Assembly: GCA_052279835.1 (NCBI GenBank)
Contig: CP181291.1
Span: 5,440,001 to 5,504,000, forward strand
Reading direction: 5' to 3'
Origin: Microcoleus sp.
GTDB taxonomy: Bacteria > Cyanobacteriota > Cyanobacteriia > Cyanobacteriales > Microcoleaceae
DNA length: 64,000 nt
Shown here: in pieces, positions 53,861-64,000 of the stretch
How positions within the stretch are numbered: position 1 is the stretch's first letter
How the letters are laid out: every line of letters begins with the position of its first letter
Made by a program: the position numbers and the translations under genes
The notes under the pieces: model-generated
Database searches by the model: none
Seen by the model: only the letters and a program-made list of their open reading frames with translations
What the model was told of the DNA's origin: nothing

Positions 53861-53899
53861 AGTCGGAAAAGTCGGATCTTAAAGTCGGAAAAGTCGGAT
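53861..53899. promoter_or_regulatory. Tandem operator-like boxes AGTCGGAAAAGTCGGAT x2
   Basis: 17-mer repeated at 53861 and 53883 in the divergent sigma/response-regulator intergenic region. Confidence 0.7.
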
Positions 53900-54062
53900 A
53901 ATAGTTCTTAGAGATTTCTGGACTTACTTAAGAGCGATCGGCTGTACGGGATGCACAGTCTGGTCAATGGTGCTGAATCACCTATCGTCAAAACTACGGT
54001 ATCTAACTCAAAACCAAGGTGCAAAACAGGAAAAACCTGATTCGATGAGATGGATTTTTTAC

Positions 54063-55235
54063 ATGACTTTTCAAGAAGCCCTAGAATTTATCGAAGCACG
54101 ATTAAACTCCCAGACAAGTAAACCGTTAAATTTTATGGAAAAGGAGATTTTAAAAGCAGCTTGGAAAAACGAAAATTATAGTGTTATTGCTGATAGTTTG
54201 TACCTGAGTGTAGGACATATTAAAGATTTAGCATCCCTCCTGTGGCATCGCGTTTCTGATGTAATGGCAGAAAAAGTTACTAAGCATAACTTCCGGTCTT
54301 TGCTAGAGAAGCAAAACAACACAAATGGGAATGCTAATACTCAAAGCAATCGCGAATTGGCTGTTCCATTCCCCGGCAGGAAAATTGATGAATTAGGAAC
54401 TTACAAAGGCAACATTTTAATTGTGGATGACATCCCAGAAAATCTGCATTTCATCACAGAAGTTCTGACTAAGCATGGGTATAAAGTTCGCTGCGTCACC
54501 AATGGCTCGATGGCTTTGAGGACAGTTCGCAATCATCCCCCCGATGCTATCTTGCTGGATATTAAAATGCCAGATATGGACGGCTACCAAGTCTGCGAAA
54601 TCATCAAATCAGATGAAAATACCTCTGAAATTCCGATTATTTTCTTAAGCGCACTTGACCAAGTATTTGATAAAGTTAAAGCTTTTAAAGTAGGGGGAGT
54701 TGACTACATTTCTAAACCTTTTGAGCCGGAAGAAGTGCTAGTGCGCCTCGAAACTCAGGTCACTATTCAGCACCAAAAACGCCAGCTTAAACAAGCAATC
54801 GAGCGACACCAGCAAACCGCAGAAATTGCCTACCAATCTCGCAGCCTGCTGGCAAATTTGCTAAACTCATCTCTGGATGGAATAGCTGCGGTGCAGGCGG
54901 TGAGGGGGGATCTTGCTGGAGAAATTGAAGATTTTCGCTGCTTGGTAGTTAACCCGGTCTTTGCCAGACTCTTAGGGAAAAAACGAACAGAACTCGCGGG
55001 CGAACCCGTGCTGAAAAAACTGCTTAATCAGTTGAGTCCCGGATTGTTTGATTTATTAGTAGAAGTTGTTGAGACTGGAGAATCCCTTGAAGGAGAGGTT
55101 CATCTAGAAAGTGATTACCTTGGCAAATGCTATTATTTCACTGCTGTGAGATTGGCAGACGGTTGCTCAATTACCATCCGCGATCTTACAGACTTAAAAC
55201 AGTCGCCATTAAAGTCAATGATGGAACTGAATTAA
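54063..55235 (+). CDS. Response regulator: N-terminal HTH, receiver domain, PAS-like domain
   Basis: EKEILKAAW...YSVIADSLYLS...LW...EKVTKHNF HTH; ILIVDD, LLDIKMP, DYISKPF; start MTFQEAL. Confidence 0.88.
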   Translation: MTFQEALEFIEARLNSQTSKPLNFMEKEILKAAWKNENYSVIADSLYLSVGHIKDLASLLWHRVSDVMAEKVTKHNFRSLLEKQNNTNGNANTQSNRELAVPFPGRKIDELGTYKGNILIVDDIPENLHFITEVLTKHGYKVRCVTNGSMALRTVRNHPPDAILLDIKMPDMDGYQVCEIIKSDENTSEIPIIFLSALDQVFDKVKAFKVGGVDYISKPFEPEEVLVRLETQVTIQHQKRQLKQAIERHQQTAEIAYQSRSLLANLLNSSLDGIAAVQAVRGDLAGEIEDFRCLVVNPVFARLLGKKRTELAGEPVLKKLLNQLSPGLFDLLVEVVETGESLEGEVHLESDYLGKCYYFTAVRLADGCSITIRDLTDLKQSPLKSMMELN

Positions 55236-55329
55236 CCGCGTGCTAGCATCAAATAGCATAAACGGGACTTACGCAATCCGACCCAAGAAACCGGGTTTAT
55301 GAAGTGTAGTAGGGACACGGCACCATGCC

Positions 55330-55545
55330 CATTCGTGTCAACTTAAGATACAACCAATAGTCCGGCAGGGGTTGAAACCCCTGCCTCAAAGCTAAAGTCC
55401 TCTTAAGAGGACTGATCGGAAAAATTTTAAACTCATTAGTCCTCTTCAGAGGACTTTAGCTATTAGACAGGGAATTCATTCACGCTTAGGACTGGCGGGC
55501 ACACTAGCGGACTTGGCGGACTGACAGCTTAAGTTGTCACCAATG
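55330..55545. mobile_element. MITE with 18-bp TIRs, inserted in a REP-like palindrome
   Basis: CATTCGTGTCAACTTAAG ... CTTAAGTTGTCACCAATG (2 mismatches); internal AGTCCTCTT-AGAGGACT palindromes. Confidence 0.85.
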
Positions 55546-55610
55546 CCCTGGGCCGTTTCCCTGCGGGGATCGATCGCGCGGTGTACTTCATAAACCTGCA
55601 ATCTGCTATA

Positions 55611-58600
55611 TCAAGATTCACCAACCAAGGGTTCAGTTAAATCCAGAATCTTCTCAAACTGAAACTTCTTCACCCAACACCTAAGAGTTTGAAGTTCTAG
55701 AGCCGCGAATTCAGGAATTTCTTCAAGGATTTGAGATACTAATTCGGAATCAGCGTCAAGGGCTGCTTCATGCAATTTGACAATCCATTTTTTTGATATT
55801 CCTGCTAATAAATCAGTTGAATTTAACGGTTCTCCTGTCACATTATAAGCAGAAGATGGTAGCTCTGGCTCATGATAAATATAACTGACATCCAAATGTT
55901 TAGCCATGATGTCAAAAATGACCTCTTTTTGAAATGGTTTTCGCACAAAATCATCGCAGCCAGCCGATAAAATAACAGCCTTTTCTTCTTCCCACACGCT
56001 AGCGGTCAAAGCAATAACAGCAGTACCTTGACCTTTGATGATGCCTTTAATGCGTTTCGTGGCTTCATACCCATCCATAACGGGCATTCTCATGTCCATC
56101 CAGATGAGATGCGGTGAGTAGGAATTCCAAATTTCCAGGGCTTCCATACCGTTAGTTGCTTCTTGCACTTCAAAACCCAGAGGTTTGAGGAGTTTAACTA
56201 ACAGTTGCCGATTGTCATCTTGATCATCGACTACTAGGATGCGATATGGGGGTTGATTGGGCGCTAAAGCAACAACGCGACGATTGTAGGGTTGGTTTTG
56301 AATTTGGTTTCCATCAGCAATACTCACAGAAATATCAAATTGAAATGTTGTACCAGATATTGGTATAGCCGTCGTATCATCAGATAATTCCCCCAGAGGC
56401 ATTCCGGGAGTGAAAGCTTTGCCACCACTAATCACTGTTATTTCACCTCCCATCAAGCGGACAAATTGACGGCTAATCGTCAGTCCTAATCCGGTTCCTT
56501 GCTGCACTTTTTGACCGGATGCTGTTTGCACGAAGGGTTGGAATAGTTTCTCCAGTTCGTCGGCAGCCATACCAAGTCCCGTATCTTTTACTTCAAAGGT
56601 AATGGTTGTTTGTTGTTGGTTGTTGGTTATTTGTGTTCCGGCTTCATTTTTGGCTTTTGCCTGTTTACTTTTTACTTCTACAGACACGCTTCCAGAAGAG
56701 GTAAACTTAACCGCATTACCGATCAAGTTAATCAGCACTTGCCGCAACTTAACTTCATCAGCGTAGATGTTTTTAGGAACATCGACCGCACATTCAAATC
56801 GTAATTCTAAGCTTTTATTATTTGCTTTCAACGCAAACATATCCTCAATATCAGCTAATAAGTGATGGATGTTTAAATTATTTTCCGAGAGCGTCATGCG
56901 TCCAGCTTCGACTTTGGACAAGTCAAGCACTTGATTAATCAGGGTTAACAAATGATCTCCACTGCGATGAATAATGTTGAGGTTTTCTTTTTGTTCATTT
57001 AACAGATTTGTATCCTGATTCATCAGTTGGGAAAAGCCGAGAATGGCGTTGAGGGGAGTTCGCAATTCGTGGCTCATGTTGGCAAGGAAGGTGCTTTTGG
57101 CGAGGTTGGCGGCAACGGCTGCTTCTTTTGCTAGTTCGAGTTCTGCTTCTGTTTTTTTGCGCTCGCTAATTTCTTGTTCTAAACGGACATTTTCGATGAG
57201 GGTTTTTTCGGCCTGTTTGCGATCGCTAATATCTTGAAAAGCTGCGATCGCATATTCTACATTACCCGTCTCATCGAAAATTGGCGTACTGGTGGATTCT
57301 ACAAAAATGCTCCCGTCGCTGTGATGTATTTCCAAGTCATCTGCTCGTGCTTTTGCACCGCCAAGCGATCGCACTAGGGGTAGCTGTTCGACTGGATACA
57401 TCTCCCCAGTGCCTGCGCGATAAACGCCATAGGTTTGTGATAGTTGCTGAGTTTCGGCTTTGGGTAAATCTTGAATATTCAGTAACTGCTGTGCAACTTG
57501 ATTGGTGTAGATGATTTGTCCTTTGGCGTCGTGCACGGAGATGCCCAGGGGAATAGCATTGAGGAATTTATTCAGGCGATTTTGCGTGGATTGTACTTGG
57601 GTGTAGAGTCTAGCGTTGGTAAGGGCGATCGCCGCTTGACTTGATAATAGTTGAATTAGTTCCAGGCGATCGGGTGTAAAGACGCCATCTGCTAAATTAT
57701 TTTCCAAGTAAACAATGCCAATTAATTGCCCTTGATTCAGCAGAGGGGCGCAAAGAATAGACTTAGGTTGCTGTGTTTTGATATAAGCATCTTGGGTAAA
57801 CCTGCCTTCGCGGGAAACATTAGTTTGAATCAATCCTTTTTGAGTCCTTTCAACATAGTTTATCACCGACAAAGGCAAGCAGGTTTCTATGGGAGTCGAT
57901 GGCAAAACTATCACCCTATCGGAGTTAGCTTCACCTGATGCTTCGACTAGCAGTTTTCCTTGAGATTCTAAAATGAGATAGCCAATTTGGGCACCGCTGC
58001 ATTCCAGCAGGGTTCTCATCAAAGTTTTGAGGAGTTTATCGAGTTCAATTTCGCTGGAAATTGCCTGAGAAGCTTTCATTAATGCTGCTAAATCCAGAAG
58101 TTCTCCTGAAGAACTGTCAGAGTTATCCGACAAGCTGCTGCGCGATTTATCGGAGTTCCTGGCTGCGGTAAAACGCTTTAAAAGTTGCGGGTACTTTTGT
58201 TCCAAATCCCTCACTTTCGCTGTAGCACCCCAGCGCAAATAGCAGTAGTAAGCATTTGTCATGTAGACTTCGGCAACTTGCTCTTTCCCCCAATCGAGGT
58301 AGAATCTGCCAGCCAATTCATTAGCCAAAGCCTCTTCGTTGAGGTACTCATGTTCTTTCGCTAAGGCAATAGCGCGATCGTAGTATTCTATAGCGAGAGT
58401 GGTTTCACCCAAAACTCGATATCGCTCTGCCTCCACGAGATAGAATTTATGGAGGTGAGTCATTGGAGCAAAATGCGCCCATTTTTGAATCTTTTTCTGG
58501 TTGGCTTTCACCTTCTGGAGGATAAGTTTTTGCTCTGATTTGGGTGCGTCAGAATAGATGGCAAGATGGACTAAAGAATTGTAGAAATGGTAGAGAGGAA

Positions 58601-61600
58601 TAGTACCTACAGCACTATCGCTATATTTTTCGGCTGATTTAGCATTTTCTATAGCTTGCTGATAGTCTTGAAAAATATAGCAGAGAAATAGCTTGTAAAA
58701 ATAGACGGAATGACAAATATTTTGAGCATTTGCTGACAGATGCAGGGGTAACATTTTTACTTCGTCATAGCTTTCACCAATTAAACGGCACTTATCTTCA
58801 GCCTGTCCCATCAAGTTCAATAAAACCTGTCGATTGAGTTGGTTATAGTAATATGATGTTTCTTGCTTCAGTTGGCTGAGGGTATTACTGTACATTGCCA
58901 TTTCTCGCTCCACTGTTGCCAATTCTTTCCCCAATACATAGGAGTGGTAGCAGTATACACAAGCTGAATAAGCTGCGTATTCTAGGTCTCCAGTTTCTAG
59001 GGCGATCGAGTAAGCATTCTGCAAAGGGTTTAAGGTTTCCCTAAGATGATCTTTCCAATGTTTGACAAAGTAATTAACAATAAATATTGTTCGGGCTTTG
59101 AGTTCTTTAGCATGAAAATTATCGAGTAACAAGAGAGCAAGTTGCCCAAATTGATAACCAGTCTCAATGTCTCCTACGGTTTCTCCAGACAGAATTAGTC
59201 CGTAAGTAGCATAGGCACAAGAAGACACAGAAGTATTCCCGTATTTGATGGATAAATTTACCTGTTTAAACACCATCAGCGGCAGGAGTTCAGGTGTGGC
59301 AAAATGGGCAGCAGAAACTACACTTGAGAGGATACGCATAGCGGCCAGCTTATAAGGGTCAGTCATCACTGGTAGGTCGATTAAGTCCTCGATTAGCTTC
59401 CCTGCTAAACTTAACTTTGTCTGAGCCAGTTCAAGGAAAATATTTAATTTTGTTGGTTGTTTGGGAAAGCGAATCCCCAACAGCTTTAATACTGAAAGTG
59501 CCGTTTCTATAGCTTCTAACGGTTTGTTTTGTGCTGTATAAGCTTGAATCTTGACTTCATAGACTTTCACTTTGTCCAACAATGAAGTAGTTTGTTGAAG
59601 CACAAGGTCAGCCAATTTTTCCATTTCTTCAACGTGGCCACTCAAGATAGCAGCTTCTACTGTTTCCACATAAAGTGCCAGAGTTAGGTCATACTGACGA
59701 AGCCAACTATCTGCACTCAGGCAATTTATACCAAGTCTTAAGTAATTCCACGCGGGTTTCCAAGCTGCTGATGCCTTCGCTTTTTTGCCAGCAATCAGAT
59801 TTAATTGAGCCAGTTTATCTCTTTCTAATTGGACGTCAATTGCTTCAATACCGAAGTTTAGTTGATTGACAATATCAAAAATCTTTTGTTGGAGGATCTG
59901 TTGCGGTGTATTTTGTAACAACAGTTGCCCGACTTTCCAGTGAACTGCTTGCTTGTCGGCTGGGGGAATTAGGGAATAGGCGGCTTGCTGGATGCGATCG
60001 TGAGCAAATTTATAAGTAATGTTTAAGTCATTCGCATCTCGGTTTGTTTTTAGGAATTTGTAACCATCCCCAAGGGGTAATATCAATCCCGATTGAATGG
60101 CATCCCACAATTCATTTGCCGCTGCTTTTTGAGAAGTTTCATTAATAATTGAAAGGGTTTGTAAATCAAATTGGTTGCCAATACAAGCGGCTAATCGTAA
60201 AACTTTTTGTGCTGACTCTGATAAGGTTTGAATTTTATCTGCCATGAACTCAACAACGTTATCAGTAATATTCCTAGTTATAATTTGCTCTAAATCCCAA
60301 GACCAAGCCCCAGCATTAGTATCAAATTTCAGCAATTGCTCTGTATAAAGTGACTTCAGAAACTCTTTGATAAAAAACGGATTTCCTTGTGTTTTTTGCC
60401 AAACCAAATCGGCTAATTTTTGCGCCTGGATGCGATCGGTTTTCAGCGTATCCGCAATGAATTCATTAACCTGGTTTAAATTTAGGGGTGAAAGGGAGAG
60501 ATGATTAATTACTACTCCCTGCTTTTTCATCTCAGATAAAGTCAGCATTGCAGGATGAGTTGCAGTGACTTCGTTATCTCGATAAGCTCCGATTACAAAC
60601 AGATATTGAGTAGTAAAATCGGTCATTATCAACTGGAGCAATTGCAGCGTAGCGCTGTCTGTCCATTGAAGGTCGTCTAGAAATAGGACAAGGGGATGAT
60701 CTTTTTGACAAAAGACATGAATCAAGTTTTGAAAAGCTAAATTAAACCGATTTTGTGCTTCTGTTGGTGGCAATTCTGGGACGGGATTCTGTTTGCCAAT
60801 AATCAGTTCAACTTCGGGAATAACATCAATAATAATTTGTCCGTTGCTGCCTAATGCGCGTTGAATCTGCTCTTGCCACTGTTGTAATTGGGGTTGAGTT
60901 TCGGTGAGCAATTGCCGCACCAATTCTTGGAAGGCAGCGACTAAAGCTTGATAGGGAATATCGCGTTGCAACTGGTCAAATTTCCCTGCTATAAAGTAGC
61001 CGCTTTTTTGAGTAATGAGTTTATACAATTCCTGAACTAAAGCTGATTTTCCAATACCAGAGTATCCAGAAATTAGCATGAGTTCAGTTTGTCCTTGTCG
61101 CTGACAATTTTGTGACTGATTTGTCGTTGGGTTGCTCGCCCCTAGTTTTTTCTCTTCTCCCGAAGCTACGCGAACAAATGCAGCCAATAAGGACTCAATC
61201 TGTGATTCTCTCCCGTACAGTTTTTGAGGGAGTTGTAATTGAGGATAAATGTCTTGGTATCCCAAGGAAAAAGCTTTAATTTCACCAGTTCTAGATTGAG
61301 CGAGGCAAGTTTTTAAATCTGCCTTGATTCCCCAAGCACTCTGATATCTATCTTCCGCATTTTTGGCCATTAACTTCATGACAATTTCTGAGACATTCAA
61401 GGGAATTTCGGAATTAATTTCATGAGGTGGAGTGGGTTGTTTGGCAATATGGCAATGGACTAACTCTAGTGCATCGACGGATTCAAAAGGCAACTGGTTG
61501 GTTAGCAGTTCATAGAAAGTAACGCCCAGAGAATAAAAGTCGGTGCGGTAGTCGATTACTCGATTCATCCGTCCTGTTTGTTCGGGGGAAATATAAGCTA

Positions 61601-62111
61601 ATGTTCCTTCTAGAAGATTAGGACTTTTGAGGCTGGGATTTTCTTGGGATAGGATGGTAGATAAGCCAAAGTCAATGATTTTTAATTGTCCGGTTTGAAG
61701 ATTCAAGACAATGTTAGATGAATTGAGATCTTTGTGAATGACTTTGTTTTGATGAACTTTGCCTAAAGCCTGTGTAATTTGGATGGCAAGGTGGAGAAAC
61801 TCTGATACTGAAAAGGTACGACGTTCCAGCAGAATTTTTAATGATTCTCCGCCAAAATCCTCCAACAACATGACTTGTGTGTTCTGATATTTTCGCAGTT
61901 CGTAGGCTTTAATTGTTTCCTCTATATTAAGACGGCAAGTGATTTCGTATTCCTGCTGATAGCGGTAGAGTTCGGCTGGTGTGGGGTAATCCTCTTTGAG
62001 GAGTTTCAAAATCACTGGTTGCTGATTTTGATTCAGGATGCCTCGGTATACGAGTGAATTAGCACTTTCGTAAATTTGGCTGACAATTGTGATATCTGGC
62101 AGTGAAATCAT
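55611..62111 (-). CDS. Ser/Thr kinase - AAA ATPase - GAF - PAS - hybrid His kinase with receiver (HstK-like)
   Basis: IHKDLN, DFG, YISPEQTGR; GYSGIGKS; MSHELRTPLN, GTGLGL; WMDMRMP. Confidence 0.95.
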   Translation of the reverse strand: MISLPDITIVSQIYESANSLVYRGILNQNQQPVILKLLKEDYPTPAELYRYQQEYEITCRLNIEETIKAYELRKYQNTQVMLLEDFGGESLKILLERRTFSVSEFLHLAIQITQALGKVHQNKVIHKDLNSSNIVLNLQTGQLKIIDFGLSTILSQENPSLKSPNLLEGTLAYISPEQTGRMNRVIDYRTDFYSLGVTFYELLTNQLPFESVDALELVHCHIAKQPTPPHEINSEIPLNVSEIVMKLMAKNAEDRYQSAWGIKADLKTCLAQSRTGEIKAFSLGYQDIYPQLQLPQKLYGRESQIESLLAAFVRVASGEEKKLGASNPTTNQSQNCQRQGQTELMLISGYSGIGKSALVQELYKLITQKSGYFIAGKFDQLQRDIPYQALVAAFQELVRQLLTETQPQLQQWQEQIQRALGSNGQIIIDVIPEVELIIGKQNPVPELPPTEAQNRFNLAFQNLIHVFCQKDHPLVLFLDDLQWTDSATLQLLQLIMTDFTTQYLFVIGAYRDNEVTATHPAMLTLSEMKKQGVVINHLSLSPLNLNQVNEFIADTLKTDRIQAQKLADLVWQKTQGNPFFIKEFLKSLYTEQLLKFDTNAGAWSWDLEQIITRNITDNVVEFMADKIQTLSESAQKVLRLAACIGNQFDLQTLSIINETSQKAAANELWDAIQSGLILPLGDGYKFLKTNRDANDLNITYKFAHDRIQQAAYSLIPPADKQAVHWKVGQLLLQNTPQQILQQKIFDIVNQLNFGIEAIDVQLERDKLAQLNLIAGKKAKASAAWKPAWNYLRLGINCLSADSWLRQYDLTLALYVETVEAAILSGHVEEMEKLADLVLQQTTSLLDKVKVYEVKIQAYTAQNKPLEAIETALSVLKLLGIRFPKQPTKLNIFLELAQTKLSLAGKLIEDLIDLPVMTDPYKLAAMRILSSVVSAAHFATPELLPLMVFKQVNLSIKYGNTSVSSCAYATYGLILSGETVGDIETGYQFGQLALLLLDNFHAKELKARTIFIVNYFVKHWKDHLRETLNPLQNAYSIALETGDLEYAAYSACVYCYHSYVLGKELATVEREMAMYSNTLSQLKQETSYYYNQLNRQVLLNLMGQAEDKCRLIGESYDEVKMLPLHLSANAQNICHSVYFYKLFLCYIFQDYQQAIENAKSAEKYSDSAVGTIPLYHFYNSLVHLAIYSDAPKSEQKLILQKVKANQKKIQKWAHFAPMTHLHKFYLVEAERYRVLGETTLAIEYYDRAIALAKEHEYLNEEALANELAGRFYLDWGKEQVAEVYMTNAYYCYLRWGATAKVRDLEQKYPQLLKRFTAARNSDKSRSSLSDNSDSSSGELLDLAALMKASQAISSEIELDKLLKTLMRTLLECSGAQIGYLILESQGKLLVEASGEANSDRVIVLPSTPIETCLPLSVINYVERTQKGLIQTNVSREGRFTQDAYIKTQQPKSILCAPLLNQGQLIGIVYLENNLADGVFTPDRLELIQLLSSQAAIALTNARLYTQVQSTQNRLNKFLNAIPLGISVHDAKGQIIYTNQVAQQLLNIQDLPKAETQQLSQTYGVYRAGTGEMYPVEQLPLVRSLGGAKARADDLEIHHSDGSIFVESTSTPIFDETGNVEYAIAAFQDISDRKQAEKTLIENVRLEQEISERKKTEAELELAKEAAVAANLAKSTFLANMSHELRTPLNAILGFSQLMNQDTNLLNEQKENLNIIHRSGDHLLTLINQVLDLSKVEAGRMTLSENNLNIHHLLADIEDMFALKANNKSLELRFECAVDVPKNIYADEVKLRQVLINLIGNAVKFTSSGSVSVEVKSKQAKAKNEAGTQITNNQQQTTITFEVKDTGLGMAADELEKLFQPFVQTASGQKVQQGTGLGLTISRQFVRLMGGEITVISGGKAFTPGMPLGELSDDTTAIPISGTTFQFDISVSIADGNQIQNQPYNRRVVALAPNQPPYRILVVDDQDDNRQLLVKLLKPLGFEVQEATNGMEALEIWNSYSPHLIWMDMRMPVMDGYEATKRIKGIIKGQGTAVIALTASVWEEEKAVILSAGCDDFVRKPFQKEVIFDIMAKHLDVSYIYHEPELPSSAYNVTGEPLNSTDLLAGISKKWIVKLHEAALDADSELVSQILEEIPEFAALELQTLRCWVKKFQFEKILDLTEPLVGES

Positions 62112-62385
62112 GTTGAAATTCGCTTTCGTACTTGTGAACTACAGCTTTTTTTGTCTCTAGTCTAAAAGGTAGAATTATGAGTAGGTAATATCTCTTACGA
62201 GTCTAACATTTTTCTTCAGGAGAATGTCAAGACTAATCTGCCTCCGATCGTGCTATAATCTGACATTAAGAGGACTTACGTACCAGTAGACCGAAACCTT
62301 GGTATGATATCTTTCATGGCAGTTATCTCAAGCCGACAAGTGAAAACGATATAATAATGGCTAAATGTTTTTAAAGGTAAACTGT

Positions 62386-62667
62386 ATGAAAATTACTCTC
62401 CAGCCTGAACACAAAAAATTCATTGAAATGCAGATTAAAAGTGGCAGATATCCTTCGGCTGATGATATAATCGCGGCCGCATTGGAACTCCTAACGCGCA
62501 GCAGCCAACAACAAGAGATGGACAGCCATCAAAAATGGGTAGAAGAAACGCAGCCCAAGGTAGCATTAGGAATAGCTCAACTCGATCGCGGTGAAGGAAT
62601 TGATGGAGAAATTGTTGTAGCGAGATTGCAGGAAAAATTCCGCAAAATGCGGGAGAACCAAAGATGA
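62386..62667 (+). CDS. Type II antitoxin, ParD-like (RHH)
   Basis: FIEMQIKSGRYPSADDIIAAALELL; ATGA overlap with the toxin. Confidence 0.88.
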   Translation: MKITLQPEHKKFIEMQIKSGRYPSADDIIAAALELLTRSSQQQEMDSHQKWVEETQPKVALGIAQLDRGEGIDGEIVVARLQEKFRKMRENQR

Positions 62668-62966
62668 GTCGCTACACGATCTCCCCAGAGGCTAGTCACG
62701 ATCTAGATGAAATCTCTGATTACTTTGCAAATCGAAATATTGAAGCCGGAGAACGGTTTGTTGAGGAATTTGATAAAAAGTGTAGGAATTTAATTAACTT
62801 CCCTAATATGGGTCGCAGTTATGAGGAAATAGATCCTTTTCTACGGGGTGTTGCTTTAAAAGGTTACATTATTCTGTATCGATCGCGCAACAACGCAATT
62901 GAAATTGTCAGGGTGGTGAGGGGAGAACGGGATTTACCGATGCTATTTTCTGATGATCGGGAATAG
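62664..62966 (+). CDS. Type II toxin, RelE/ParE family
   Basis: ISPEASHDLDEISDY, FPNMGR, YIILYR, EIVRVVRGERD. Confidence 0.92.
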   Translation: MSRYTISPEASHDLDEISDYFANRNIEAGERFVEEFDKKCRNLINFPNMGRSYEEIDPFLRGVALKGYIILYRSRNNAIEIVRVVRGERDLPMLFSDDRE

Positions 62967-63069
62967 GGCGATCTAACTTTCTATTTGTCTTCCTACCTTT
63001 TATAGCCAATGCCAGAATTTAATCCCAATTCTCAAAAGTACCCGCTCGTGCTATCATCTGACATCAATA

Positions 63070-63322
63070 GGACTTATGCACGGGTGGTCAGAAACCGGGT
63101 TTTTTTGAGAATACTTCGTTAAAGTCCGCAGAAACCGCCAAAAACCCGGTTTATGCAGGTTTTGTGCGTAATACCAATTTAATGTGAAGTTGCACATATC
63201 TCGATCCCCCTCGCATCCCCCTTAAGAAGGGGGACTTTGATCGGGATCTTGTCCCCCCCTTATTAAGGGGGGCTAGGGGGGATCTGATTCTACGGGGCCT
63301 CATAAAAAATTGGTATAAGTCC
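63070..63322. mobile_element. MITE (GGACTTATGCA...TGCGTAAGTCC) carrying a nested MITE at 63172-63315
   Basis: The outer right TIR is split by the inner element, with a TAA duplication. Confidence 0.85.
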
Positions 63323-63357
63323 CGATCGCTTTCATTCTAAATCGAGTGCGTGCAACT

Positions 63358-64000
63358 ATGCGAATCGGTAAAAATTTACAAAAGTTTCTGCTTTTGACAA
63401 TAGCCTTATTTTTCGCAGCATCGCTGCTGATTAACGTTACTAAATTTCACAATTTTTTAGGTTTTAACCGCGCTGACACTGAAGACAAAGTTGTGGCAAT
63501 CACCTACGATGACGGCCCCTATCCTCCCTATACCAATCAGCTTTTAGATGTTTTAGATCGCTACCAAGTTAAAGCAACTTTTTTTGAAATCGGCCGCAAT
63601 ATCGAGAAACACCCAGAAATTGTGCCGATGATTATTGCGAGGGGAAATGAGTTGGCAAATCATTCCTATTCTCACAAGGATATGATGTTTAAAGCCCGCG
63701 AGTATCTGCTGTCGGAAATTGCAAAAACGGACAAACTTTTGCGGGATTTAGGCGTTAAGCAGGATAGTATTAGTTTTAGACCACCTTGGGGTCGGAGATT
63801 TTTAGTTTTGTCTTATTTACTTTCCCAAATGCACAAAAAATTGATTATGTGGGATGTGGACTCCCAAGATTATGAAAAAACACACACCGTGGAAGATATT
63901 GCAAATCAGGTGATTAATCATGTGCGTTCTGGTTCGATTGTGGTGATGCACGATGGCGGAGGCGATCGCTCAAAAACAGTAGCAGCAACAGAGATTATTG
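63358..64000 (+). CDS. Polysaccharide deacetylase (NodB/CE4), 3'-truncated by the window edge
   Basis: Hand translation MRIGKNLQK...AITYDDGP...KATFF...NHSYSH...FRPPWG...WDVDSQD...VMHD. Confidence 0.93.
   Translation, partial: MRIGKNLQKFLLLTIALFFAASLLINVTKFHNFLGFNRADTEDKVVAITYDDGPYPPYTNQLLDVLDRYQVKATFFEIGRNIEKHPEIVPMIIARGNELANHSYSHKDMMFKAREYLLSEIAKTDKLLRDLGVKQDSISFRPPWGRRFLVLSYLLSQMHKKLIMWDVDSQDYEKTHTVEDIANQVINHVRSGSIVVMHDGGGDRSKTVAATEII

Overview
This window looks like chromosomal DNA from a filamentous cyanobacterium, probably Oscillatoriales (Microcoleus/Tychonema-like). That assignment is inferred from frequent HIP1 GCGATCGC octamers, heptamer STRRs and genes such as cpcF, psbQ, petCA, ccmK, pcxA and a tftA-like amidase. 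Most of the window is housekeeping genes with many MITE/REP-like insertions, several of them nested or in frame inside genes. Accessory parts are: an AT-rich modification island (7.3-15.7 kb), a patchwork of gene fragments (15.8-16.6 kb), two RTX-type surface proteins (32.5-39.0 kb) and a ParDE-like toxin-antitoxin pair. The most interesting region is 45.6-55.2 kb. There an ECF-type sigma factor and an overlapping TPR gene are followed by three copies of a ~75-bp promoter-like element. Each copy precedes different cargo: an unannotated 8-codon ORF (MRFGYGRF) with a strong RBS and hairpin, an 88-aa protein, and a C2-like protein followed by a possible caspase-fold protease. An ABC exporter and a methyltransferase lie further downstream. 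No rRNA, tRNA or CRISPR array was seen. All product calls come from motif recognition by eye; no database search was run.
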